DNA of 55,779 nt from Candidatus Harrisonbacteria bacterium. GTDB taxonomy: Bacteria; Patescibacteriota; Minisyncoccia; UBA6257; 1-14-0-10-44-23. A program made the translations under genes and the position numbers. The first letter of the stretch is position 1. Each line of letters starts with the position of its first letter. Where the stretch lies: contig JAHFLF010000004.1 of assembly GCA_023255625.1 (NCBI GenBank), forward strand, positions 1 to 55,779, written 5' to 3'. Under the pieces are notes generated by a model. It had not been told where the DNA came from. It worked only from the letters and a program-made list of their open reading frames with translations, and did no database searches. Shown in pieces: positions 35,178 to 43,010 of the stretch.

Positions 35178-36464
35178 TTATTGATGCGGCACTGAAAGCA
35201 TCGGAATCTCTCCTGGAGCACCGTGATCAATGTAGCCAGCCGAAGCAACCGCAGCCGCAGGCACCGGCTGCTTCTGCGCTTTCCAGTTAGCGGGCCGATC
35301 AACATTGAAGTGACGCAGAATACGATAACCAATATAACCCAAGACGGCCACAATCAGTAAAATCCAGAGCACCGGCTGATTCAATAACCGCCCGAGCTGT
35401 CCAAGCAATGAGGTAGAACCAACAGTCGTAGCCAATACAGAACCAACACCACTGTCAGAGCCAACCGTGGTCGGAATCTGGGTACGAACAGTAAAGGGCA
35501 GGATCATCTGCTCACCGCTATTGGCCGTGGCGTCCGTAGAAAATGCACCGATTCGGAAGAAATAAGTTTTATTCTCCAGACAACCCAACTTAACCTGGTG
35601 ATTTTTCTGATAAGAATTTCCCTCTGGCGCACTGGCTGCGTACTGGAAACTATCATTCAATGGCTGCGATGTCGGGCCATACATAACCTGGCCGACGGTC
35701 GCGACACTAGTCTGCCAATTCACTAAAACTTCACAATTACGATCTTCGCGGTCATTGATATTTTTCGGCCCGCTAATCACATTAATATTCGAGAAGGTTA
35801 TTTCTTTCGGAGTTTTCTTACCGCCGAAAAATGCGCCCAGTGCCGAGCCGCTGTAACCAGTTGTCTTTTCGTTAGAATTTGGATTAATCGAATTTGAACC
35901 GCTGGAATTACCGGTCGCACCGCCATAACCATATTGACGAACAGTAATTGTGTAGCTTTGCGTTACGACCGGCGAACGGCCATCGGTAGCTCCGACAACC
36001 ACCGGAAAACTCTGGCCGATTTTTCCCGAAGTTCCGCTCCAGCGAATCAGCCCCGTCGCTGAATCAATAGTCATTCCGACCGGGCCGGAGATTAGCTGAT
36101 AAAAAATCTGATCATGATCCGGATCGGTGGCATTAATTCCGGCGACATAAGTGTTGCCATCAATAGCATCTCGAACCGGCGTAGAAAAGATAACCGGCGG
36201 CCGGTTTATTGAGTTATTGTAGTTTGAGCCAGAATAGTTGTTGTAACCATAAGAACCGCCATAAACAACCGCTTGGCTGCCATAACCATTATAGTTATAC
36301 TGAACCGGATAATATTGGCTGCGCTGGACTGTATAAGTATCGTAATAGATCGGCTGTCCCTGTTGATCCAGGTAATATGCGGCAGATGCTGGAAAAGCGA
36401 CCGCCAGGGCCGTCAAACCAACAGAAATCGCGATAGCAAGCTTAGAAACGGTAAGGTTTTTCAT
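35178..36464 (-). CDS. Surface protein paralog 1: signal peptide, N/Y-rich region, cadherin-like (He_PIG-type) Ig domain, FN3-like domain, C-terminal TM anchor
   Basis: MKNLTVSKLAIAISVGLTALAVAFPASA. PPVIFSTPVRDAIDGNTYVAGINATDPDHDQIFYQLISGPVGMTIDSATGLIRWSG. VLVNWQTSVATVGQVMYG ... HQVKLGCLENKTYFFRIGAFS. Anchor VLWILLIVAVLGYIGYRIL. The ATG at 36464 is preferred over the TTG at 36512. Confidence 0.85.
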   Translation of the reverse strand: MKNLTVSKLAIAISVGLTALAVAFPASAAYYLDQQGQPIYYDTYTVQRSQYYPVQYNYNGYGSQAVVYGGSYGYNNYSGSNYNNSINRPPVIFSTPVRDAIDGNTYVAGINATDPDHDQIFYQLISGPVGMTIDSATGLIRWSGTSGKIGQSFPVVVGATDGRSPVVTQSYTITVRQYGYGGATGNSSGSNSINPNSNEKTTGYSGSALGAFFGGKKTPKEITFSNINVISGPKNINDREDRNCEVLVNWQTSVATVGQVMYGPTSQPLNDSFQYAASAPEGNSYQKNHQVKLGCLENKTYFFRIGAFSTDATANSGEQMILPFTVRTQIPTTVGSDSGVGSVLATTVGSTSLLGQLGRLLNQPVLWILLIVAVLGYIGYRILRHFNVDRPANWKAQKQPVPAAAVASAGYIDHGAPGEIPMLSVPHQ

Positions 36465-36527
36465 ATAAGTATATAATAGCATACCTATTGAATTTGTCAA
36501 GCCCAAACACAATGATAGGGGGAATTA

Positions 36528-36593
36528 CCCCAAACTTCTCCCCAAGATGAGCAGGGATACCTTTTACTGCTCCCTATGGGGAAAAGTTTGGGG
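36528..36593. repeat. Family-2 nested hairpin A (inverted orientation): 17-bp outer stem around the conserved ~30-nt core
   Basis: Arms ccccaaacttctcccca / tggggaaaagtttgggg (one mismatch). The core agatgagcagggataccttttactgctcccta is the reverse complement of the core of B and C. Confidence 0.8.
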
Positions 36594-36615
36594 ATTAGCC
36601 GATATACATCCTGGA

Positions 36616-36687
36616 GGAAACTCCGAAGTCCCGCCAAAGGGAGCACTAAATCTTCTGTGCTCATCTTGGCGGGACTTCGGAGTTTCC
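36616..36687. repeat. Family-2 nested hairpin B: perfect 22-bp outer stem around the core agggagcac..gtgctcatc
   Basis: Arms ggaaactccgaagtcccgccaa / ttggcgggacttcggagtttcc. The inner stem gagcac/gtgctc carries a compensatory change relative to gagcag/ctgctc in A and C. Confidence 0.85.
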
Positions 36688-36708
36688 AAAACTATAAAAT
36701 AAAATTGA

Positions 36709-36739
36709 GTGGCCAACCAGGAGATTCCTGGTCGGCCAC
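36709..36739 (-). terminator. Terminator of the GC-rich orphan gene 36776..37267
   Basis: 13-bp stem gtggccaaccagg/cctggtcggccac (one wobble). On the minus strand it is followed by tcaattttattttatag. Confidence 0.6.
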
Positions 36740-36775
36740 GCGCTCGACGGGGCGAGCTTTGTGATTCGGCAGTGA

Positions 36776-37267
36776 CTAAGCCACCGCCCTCTTCCCCTCA
36801 CCCTCCGCTTCGGAAACTGCCGCCTTCTTCGTGCCCGGCCTCGCCTCTCCCAAGCCACTGCGGTAGGAGTTGATCAGCTCCCGCCAATCGGCCAGGTCCT
36901 CAAGCACGACGACGATGCCCTGCATGTACCGCATCGTTGCGGCACGCACCCGAGATCCGCCGGATGGATTTCCCACTGGAATCGTAATGCTGGTCCGCAG
37001 CACCACGACAAGACCGGTGTCAGACCGAGAAAGCTCGATCTTGCTTGGCCGTTCCTCGTCAGAACAACTGGCCAGTACCTGGGCTCGCTTGTCCACCCAG
37101 AGCTGGCCGATCTGGTGCGTCCGCGGACCCTTGACGACAAGGGCGTCGCTTGCGAACACGAACCCGACCTCTCCGTGTCGTGTGTCAGCCAACCACTCTT
37201 CGAGCGTGGGATAGAGCTCGAGTGGCAACAGGTCATCGAGATGACCATTCTCTGAACCATCACTCAT
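36776..37267 (-). CDS. GC-rich orphan protein 1 (163 aa, cytoplasmic, no recognisable family), probably horizontally acquired
   Basis: ATG at 37267 is preceded by AGGAGG at 6 nt. G/C-biased third positions in this frame only. It has its own terminator. It is flanked by family-2 hairpins B and C. Confidence 0.6.
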   Translation of the reverse strand: MSDGSENGHLDDLLPLELYPTLEEWLADTRHGEVGFVFASDALVVKGPRTHQIGQLWVDKRAQVLASCSDEERPSKIELSRSDTGLVVVLRTSITIPVGNPSGGSRVRAATMRYMQGIVVVLEDLADWRELINSYRSGLGEARPGTKKAAVSEAEGEGKRAVA

Positions 37268-37346
37268 GACCACCTCCTGGAAACGGACACCACCGACGCG
37301 GCGGTATCACCATGTCTTAATATACACCTGCTAAAATATTTTGGCC

Positions 37347-37422
37347 AGAAACCTAAAAGTTCCCGCCAAAGGGAGCAGTAAAAGGTACCCCTGCTCATCT
37401 TGGCGGGAACTTTTAGGTTTCT
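37347..37422. repeat. Family-2 nested hairpin C: perfect 23-bp outer stem around the core agggagcagtaaaaggtacccctgctcatc
   Basis: Arms agaaacctaaaagttcccgccaa / ttggcgggaacttttaggtttct. Same orientation as B, and it shares cccgccaa|core|ttggcggg with B. Confidence 0.85.
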
Positions 37423-37430
37423 GTTTTACA

Positions 37431-37462
37431 CCCAAAACCCGCCAGAAAAGGCGGGTTTTGGG
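37431..37462 (-). terminator. Hairpin downstream of the 37483..39342 gene
   Basis: cccaaaacccgcc-agaaaa-ggcgggttttggg, 20 nt after the stop. Weak U-tract. Confidence 0.55.
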
Positions 37463-37482
37463 TTGATTACTAAACTTTGCGT

Positions 37483-39342
37483 TTACTGATTCCCGTTAGA
37501 TCCATTCTCGCTCATATGCAATTCCGGCAAGTACTCTTCTTGCGGCCGGCGGCCGGCAAAAAACCGATAAATAATATAGAGCAGAAGTGCAATCGCGACT
37601 AAACCAAGAATAATTAGGAAACCTGTCGAGGTCAGGAAACTGCCGGCCGAGTCAATCGCCGAAGCAGCTCCATCATACTGCTGCACCGACGGAGTCCCCT
37701 GTGCGGTCTGCATCGGGATAAAGATAATTTCGCGGCTGATGTCGGTCTCGCTACCGGTGCGCGAGATAGCCCGCATATAGTAAGTGCGGCCAATCTCCAG
37801 CTTGCCGAGCGAAAGCTCATGCTTTGTAGAAGGGCTGCTCTGCTCGCCGGTCGTAAAGTCATAATTGAGAATCGTGTTCCAGGAATCAGAGCGCGGATTC
37901 GAACTGTATCCGTAAACTACCTCGCCGCGACTCGGCTTGCTGGTATCCCAGGAGACCATCAAATCACCTTTTGGCTGCACCCGAACTGCCAGATTAAAAG
38001 AACGAAATGCGCTCGCACCATATGCACTACCGGTGTAAGTATCATAAGAAGCATAATTTGCAGTTGCACCTGACACGGCATATGAAGAAACCGGATAGGT
38101 CGGTACGGTTCGGCCGGCGTTAATCACGATGGCTTGACCCGGGTAATAATTACTGTTTGCAACTGTCGTGTTTTGCACCGGGGAAGCAGTCACATATTTT
38201 ACAGTTGGCGTAGCATCACGGTAAACATATTTAATTTCCGAAGCCGAAGACGGATAATAGACAATATTGGTAGCGGCCGCGCCGGAAATCGTAACAGTAA
38301 AACTTTGCGTTGCCGGAGTAGTCCGACCGTCAGCCGCAGTTACAGTAAACTGATATGACTGGCCGCTGTAAGCAGAGGCGGGCACAACCCAAACTATTCG
38401 GCCGGTACTCTGATTAATCACGGCGCCGACCGGCGCGCTTACCAGCTGATAATTTAACTGGTCGCGATCCGAATCAAAAGCAACTGCGTCGTAGATATAT
38501 GTCTCCCCGGCCCGAGCCGAAGTCGGCGCAACACTGGTAAAGTATGGCTGGCCATAAGTGCTGTAATTGTATGCACCTGGATAATACGAGTTGTATACAC
38601 CGTTATTGTAGCCGTAGCCAAAATTACCGCTGTAGTTCTGATCTGCGTCCACCACAATCGTAACCATAAACGCCGGGCTGTTCATAAACCCGTCGCTGGC
38701 AAAAAACTGTAGCGACTGGGTGCCGCGCTGCGCCTGGCTTGGCGTCCAGCGGAAAATGCCGCGCTCCTGGTCAAAGGTCGCTCCGATCGGCAAATTGGTA
38801 ACGGTGTAATAAACGCTGCTGTTTTCCGGATCAATGGCCTTAACCGTAAACTCAAACTGCTGGTTGGATTGCACGGCATAATATGAACGCGTGCTGCTAA
38901 AATACGGAGCGCTGTTGTAAGAATAGTTTGGGTCGTTGTACGGATAATTAACGCGATTGTAATCCGTGTAAACGCTGACATAAAAAGTTTTATACACTGG
39001 CGCGCTCTTGTTGTCGGTTACACCGAGAGTTACCGGAAAAGTGCCGGTCTGGTTGTACTGCGGGCTGAAGAAAAAGGCCCGGGTCGCCGGATTAAAGCTG
39101 GCATTATCTGGCAGACGAACGCCGCTATAAGTAAGTGAGTCATTGTTGTTGTCCTGCGCGCGAACCACGAGCGACAAGGTGTTGCCCTGGGCAACTGAAG
39201 TGTTGGCAATCTCGTCCCAAATCGGCGGCGTGTTGTAGCTGCCATAATAGACCTGCTGGCCGAAAGCCGGCAGCGCGACCGAGGTTAAGCCGATAATCAC
39301 TGCACCAACTGCAACTGCTGTTTTTGTAAAAATGTTTTTCAT
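37483..39342 (-). CDS. Surface protein paralog 2: signal peptide, three cadherin-like (He_PIG-type) Ig domains, N/Y-rich linkers, FN3-like domain, C-terminal TM anchor
   Basis: 619 aa. Three units of the type D..D.L.Y......P.GA.......G...W.P (for example DSDRDQLNYQLVSAPVGAVINQSTGRIVWVVP). LMVSWDTSKPSRGEVVYG ... HELSLGKLEIGRTYYMRAISR. Anchor FLIILGLVAIALLLYIIYRFF. Confidence 0.85.
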   Translation of the reverse strand: MKNIFTKTAVAVGAVIIGLTSVALPAFGQQVYYGSYNTPPIWDEIANTSVAQGNTLSLVVRAQDNNNDSLTYSGVRLPDNASFNPATRAFFFSPQYNQTGTFPVTLGVTDNKSAPVYKTFYVSVYTDYNRVNYPYNDPNYSYNSAPYFSSTRSYYAVQSNQQFEFTVKAIDPENSSVYYTVTNLPIGATFDQERGIFRWTPSQAQRGTQSLQFFASDGFMNSPAFMVTIVVDADQNYSGNFGYGYNNGVYNSYYPGAYNYSTYGQPYFTSVAPTSARAGETYIYDAVAFDSDRDQLNYQLVSAPVGAVINQSTGRIVWVVPASAYSGQSYQFTVTAADGRTTPATQSFTVTISGAAATNIVYYPSSASEIKYVYRDATPTVKYVTASPVQNTTVANSNYYPGQAIVINAGRTVPTYPVSSYAVSGATANYASYDTYTGSAYGASAFRSFNLAVRVQPKGDLMVSWDTSKPSRGEVVYGYSSNPRSDSWNTILNYDFTTGEQSSPSTKHELSLGKLEIGRTYYMRAISRTGSETDISREIIFIPMQTAQGTPSVQQYDGAASAIDSAGSFLTSTGFLIILGLVAIALLLYIIYRFFAGRRPQEEYLPELHMSENGSNGNQ

Positions 39343-39453
39343 ATAATGTTATGACAGTATTCGCCAACATGCTAATCCGGACTAATATGCGAATAAAATA
39401 TTTGAATTAATTAGTATATTAGTTTTAATTAGCGTGTTAGTGATTGCTGTAGG

Positions 39454-41418
39454 TTAGTGATTACTCTTGCGTTTAGCAATCATCGCTGCAAAAATTACGA
39501 TGGCTAAAATCAAAATCGCAAGCAGCACATAACGGCCCATCGAACCCACGGTACTAAAAGCGCTGGCCACCGTAGTTGGCTCTGAAGGTGTAACTGAAGG
39601 CACGATATTTTTACCTGGCACCGGAATATAGGCAATCTCCGGAGTAATGTCGTTACCGGTTGTAGTACGCGAGACAATCCGCAGATAGTGCGGGCGGTTT
39701 AGTTCCAACCGGCCCAAATTCACTTCGTGGTGCGCCGAAATGCCCGCGAGCGGCCCGGTCGTAAAGTCATAACTGTATTGCGGCAGATTATCGGTGGGCT
39801 GACTGGTCAGACCGAAGACCACCTCGGCATAAGTTGGCACATTGTTTTCCCAGGTAACAATCGTATTGCTATTTTCGTCAGTCCGAATCGTGATGTTGTA
39901 AGTATCGATTAAATTGCTGCTGGCAACGACAATATTGCTGGCCGGTTCAGTCACAACGGTCTGGGCTGGCCGGTCAATTACTACGGTTTGCGTGCTTGGC
40001 CGCTCAACATAAACCGTCTGCGGCTGGCTCGGCTGAACTATAGTTTGCGGCTGGCTGGGATAATAATACGAAGGAATATTGGTGTAACTCTGCTGATAAT
40101 ACGGGTAGCTGTAGCCAACTTGGGTATAGTTCTGCGGATAGGAATAATTTGGCCGACCAGTCCGGTATGGATAACAAGTATTGGTAACTGTGTCGTAAGA
40201 ATAACCGTCGCCGCAGCCCCGGAAGGTCGGCGGGTTGTAGACAACATTCGGCCGGCAGGTGCTGGTTGTAGTTTCAAAAGAATATCCGGCCGGACAGACA
40301 TTGGTCGTGGTTGGATAAAGCACGCAGGTATTGTTTTGTAAGGTGTAGCCGGCTGGGCAAATTGTAGTTGGATTTGCCACACACTGATTATTGCGGACGC
40401 TGTATCCGGTTGGACACGAGGTCAGCGTAGAGCCAATAATATTTTGCGGATTGCGGCTAGAGCCAACTACAACAACCGGCGTTCGAGTTGAGCCAATCAC
40501 GGAAATTTTATTCTGCGACGAGGAAATATATCCGCTATTAGACGGATGTGAGCTGATAATGCCACTGCTAGTAACTGCAGTAGAACCAATTATTCCATTG
40601 TTAACCGGCGAGGAGTTGATGTAACCGCTTGTAGCGCGAGACGAGGTAATAACCAAAGAATTTGCTGGAGCTGCTCCAATCATCGGATTACCATTCGGGC
40701 TGGAAGAGACATAGCCAGATGTTCCGGAACCAATAATGCCGGAACGCTGTGCGCTTGAACCAATCATTGTAGAATTATTCGCAGACGAACCGACAAAAGA
40801 CAAAGAAGAGTTAGCCGGCGAGGAATTAATCACTGCTGACCCGTTCGGGCCGGAACTAATATAAGCACTACCGGCACGAGATGAACCGACTGTTTGAAAA
40901 CCGGCGCCAGTTGAACCAATGACATATCCCCCATTTGCACTCGAGGAAATATAACCTGATTGAGTAGAATTAATAACTCCGGTCCGGACCGCGGTAGAAC
41001 CAATTGTGCTATGCCCTGCATTTGGATTTGAAGAAATGATCAAACTACCGGTCTGGGAAGACCCAATAGTTTGGGCCGGCGCAGAGCCAACGATATAGCC
41101 GCCGTAGGGACTAGAAGAAATTGAACCAACGGGTTGTGGCTTTGAACCCACAAAAACTCCACTCGGAGAAGAACCAATCACGCCCCCAGTGCTGGCACTG
41201 CCGATAACATTAGATATAGAAACGGGTCGCGAACCCACAAAAATTCCGCTCGGAGAAGAGGAAATACTAGCGGCCGGATGCGAGGAAATATAACCACTTG
41301 TCGGGCTCGAAGAGATAGCAGCAAAAGAAACAGCCGGCGCTAAAACAAGCGCACAGATAATGGCAACAAATGCGTTTATTTTAAGGACGGTATTTATTTT
41401 TTGCATTGAGCTTTTCAT
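39454..41418 (-). CDS. Surface protein paralog 3: signal peptide, about 20 degenerate Ser/Gly/Ile repeats, four Cys-pair CxxGY modules, FN3-like domain, C-terminal TM anchor
   Basis: 654 aa. Repeats of the type GYISSSP.G..VIGS. CPTGYSVRNNQCV / CPAGYTLQNNTCV / CPAGYSFETTTSTC / CGDGYSYDTVTNTC. TIVTWENNVPTYAEVVFG ... HEVNLGRLELNRPHYLRIVSR. Anchor YVLLAILILAIVIFAAMIA. Confidence 0.85.
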   Translation of the reverse strand: MKSSMQKINTVLKINAFVAIICALVLAPAVSFAAISSSPTSGYISSHPAASISSSPSGIFVGSRPVSISNVIGSASTGGVIGSSPSGVFVGSKPQPVGSISSSPYGGYIVGSAPAQTIGSSQTGSLIISSNPNAGHSTIGSTAVRTGVINSTQSGYISSSANGGYVIGSTGAGFQTVGSSRAGSAYISSGPNGSAVINSSPANSSLSFVGSSANNSTMIGSSAQRSGIIGSGTSGYVSSSPNGNPMIGAAPANSLVITSSRATSGYINSSPVNNGIIGSTAVTSSGIISSHPSNSGYISSSQNKISVIGSTRTPVVVVGSSRNPQNIIGSTLTSCPTGYSVRNNQCVANPTTICPAGYTLQNNTCVLYPTTTNVCPAGYSFETTTSTCRPNVVYNPPTFRGCGDGYSYDTVTNTCYPYRTGRPNYSYPQNYTQVGYSYPYYQQSYTNIPSYYYPSQPQTIVQPSQPQTVYVERPSTQTVVIDRPAQTVVTEPASNIVVASSNLIDTYNITIRTDENSNTIVTWENNVPTYAEVVFGLTSQPTDNLPQYSYDFTTGPLAGISAHHEVNLGRLELNRPHYLRIVSRTTTGNDITPEIAYIPVPGKNIVPSVTPSEPTTVASAFSTVGSMGRYVLLAILILAIVIFAAMIAKRKSNH

Positions 41419-41459
41419 AGGATTTTTAAGTTAATATACTTTCCAGCAAAAAGTCCTTT

Positions 41460-41494
41460 CTGTCTCGGCGGCGCGCAGGGCGCCGCCGAGACAG
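41460..41494 (-). terminator. GC-rich terminator hairpin of the orphan gene 41517..42290
   Basis: Perfect 15-bp stem ctgtctcggcggcgc / gcgccgccgagacag with a 5-nt loop, 23 nt after the stop. On the minus strand it is followed by aaaggacttttt. Confidence 0.6.
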
Positions 41495-41516
41495 TGGATG
41501 CTGGGACACCTGGGCC

Positions 41517-42290
41517 TTACTTCGGCCCGTATGTCCCGTCTCCTTTCTGTACGAACACGATCGTCCGCGTCTTGCTGTCCGCGGACATCGTCCCCGTACC
41601 AGCCCCCGCCGTCACCGTGACTGCGGGGTTCGAGAGCACCGTGATCTTCACGGTGTACGACGGAAGGTCGGCAGTCGGCGGGACTGCCGACGCGACCGCC
41701 AGGTTCGGTACCTGGCTTGCGAAGGTGTAGCCGAGCTCACCTCCGCCGAGATACGACGGGGAACTGAGCGAGAAGCTCGTCCCCCAAGTCGTTCCCGTGT
41801 TGTTGACCATCAGGATCTCCGCCGTCGTAGACGGCGGCGGCATGACCTGGTCCCCGATGTGGACCACGTAGTCATGTCGCGCCCGAATCCAGTACGACTG
41901 CTTCTCGAGCAGATCGCCGTTCGGACTCCGGACGACCAGCCAGTAGCGTCCCGGCTGCCGGACCTCGAAGAAGAAGCCATCACCGGCCGGGATCGGGGTG
42001 TTCTCCCTGATCCGGACGATACGGGCCCCGGCGTCGGTGACGCCGCGCAGCCCGATCCAGAAGACGCCGTCCGCGCCGGTGTCGTTCTGGTAGACGGCCC
42101 GCCGAGCAGCCAGGGCAGCCTTCGCCCCACCAGTGGAGCGGACGGACCCCCCGTCGCGCTCGTAGGTCGGGCGCGAGGAGATGACCCTCTCCTTGCCCGC
42201 GGCGAGGGCCGACGAGACCGTGAGGCCGGCGCCCACGAGGGCGGCGAGAACGGAGAGAAGCAAACTGCGAACGAACGAGGGGGTCCGCAT
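41517..42290 (-). CDS. GC-rich orphan protein 2: secreted beta-rich protein (257 aa), probably horizontally acquired from a high-GC donor
   Basis: ATG at 42290 (MRTPSFVRSLLLSVLAALVGAGLTVSSALAAG, a signal peptide) is preceded by GGAGG. Third positions in this frame are very strongly G/C. Several shadow ORFs in other frames are typical of high-GC DNA. Confidence 0.7.
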   Translation of the reverse strand: MRTPSFVRSLLLSVLAALVGAGLTVSSALAAGKERVISSRPTYERDGGSVRSTGGAKAALAARRAVYQNDTGADGVFWIGLRGVTDAGARIVRIRENTPIPAGDGFFFEVRQPGRYWLVVRSPNGDLLEKQSYWIRARHDYVVHIGDQVMPPPSTTAEILMVNNTGTTWGTSFSLSSPSYLGGGELGYTFASQVPNLAVASAVPPTADLPSYTVKITVLSNPAVTVTAGAGTGTMSADSKTRTIVFVQKGDGTYGPK

Positions 42291-42546
42291 GGTAGCGGCC
42301 TCCGGGCAATGGACTATGACAAGGTGGTTTTGCCCATATTTCCACCCTGATACCCCATTTCCAACCACACATGTGGCCAGATTCATGAGTTACAAGACAC
42401 TAACACATGACGATTCAAATGTCAATATATTACATAAATAGTCAAATTTGCTCCGGTTTATTCGTGCAAGCCAAAGTTATTTGACTTTCATCAACAAAAG
42501 AAGTATTTGCTTATTGCAACTTAGTTGCACCTGCCGGCAACCGAGC

Positions 42547-42576
42547 TTGACCTTGAAATCCCCTATTTGCTATACT
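42547..42576 (+). promoter_or_regulatory. Promoter of RNase P RNA
   Basis: TTGACC (42547-42552), 18 nt, TATACT (42571-42576). The predicted RNA 5' end is about 6 nt downstream. Confidence 0.6.
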
Positions 42577-42581
42577 GTGCA

Positions 42582-42947
42582 GGTACCCGGACGATCGCGT
42601 CCCGCTTTGCGGGATGAGGAAAATCGGGACACTCAACTTGCCGCAAGGCGGGTAGTCGCAGTGGGTAACGCCCATCAGTTGTAAAACAGCGGTGCGAACA
42701 GTGACGCGCGTGGCGAAAGCTTACGCGGGACCCTATCCCAACGTAGAAGGTCTAACTCCACTATAGGGAGACAAGGTGGAGGTGAAACGGCTAAATCCGT
42801 GCGAGAGTGCAAGGCCGCGCCTGCCGATAATTTGCAAAAATTATTGACGGGAGTGCCGCTTGAGCCCGCGAGTAATTGCGGGCCTAGACAAATGATTGTC
42901 GCGCCGATTCAAAATCGGTGCAACAGAATCCCGTTTATGAGGTACCA
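42582..42947 (+). ncRNA. rnpB: RNase P RNA, bacterial type A-like
   Basis: Conserved blocks: gaggaaaatcgggac (compare GAGGAAAGUCCGGGC), gtgggtaacgcc, ggaggtgaaacgg, gcttgagcc..gcg.gtaattgc..ggcctagacaaatgattgtc, acagaatcccgtttat. The 5' ggtacc pairs with the 3' ggtacc (P1). Ends are approximate, within about 5 nt. Confidence 0.88.
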
Positions 42948-42950
42948 AAA

Positions 42951-42976
42951 AATTCCGCTGCAAAGCGGAATTTTTT
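42951..42976. terminator. Bidirectional intrinsic terminator between rnpB and the convergent 792-aa gene
   Basis: aattccgc-tgcaaa-gcggaatt, flanked by an A-run on the left and a T-run on the right. Confidence 0.75.
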
Positions 42977-43010
42977 GTTGTCACGAACAAAAAGCAAGTT
43001 TAGAACCAGT

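Noticed and set aside
34931-37422. Hairpin families considered as integron attC sites, or as IS200/IS605-type transposon ends.
   Set aside because: In attC sites the conserved parts are the stem bases (R/L boxes) and the centre varies. Here the apex is conserved and the stems vary. There is no intI, tnpA or tnpB in the window. The idea is kept only as a loose analogy in the findings.
36870-42372. Shadow ORFs within the GC-rich orphan genes (36870..37214, 36874..37263, 41810..42130, 41859..42350, 41980..42372).
   Set aside because: High-GC DNA keeps several frames open. The chosen frames are the ones with an SD, an ATG, GC3 bias and (for 41517..42290) a signal peptide.
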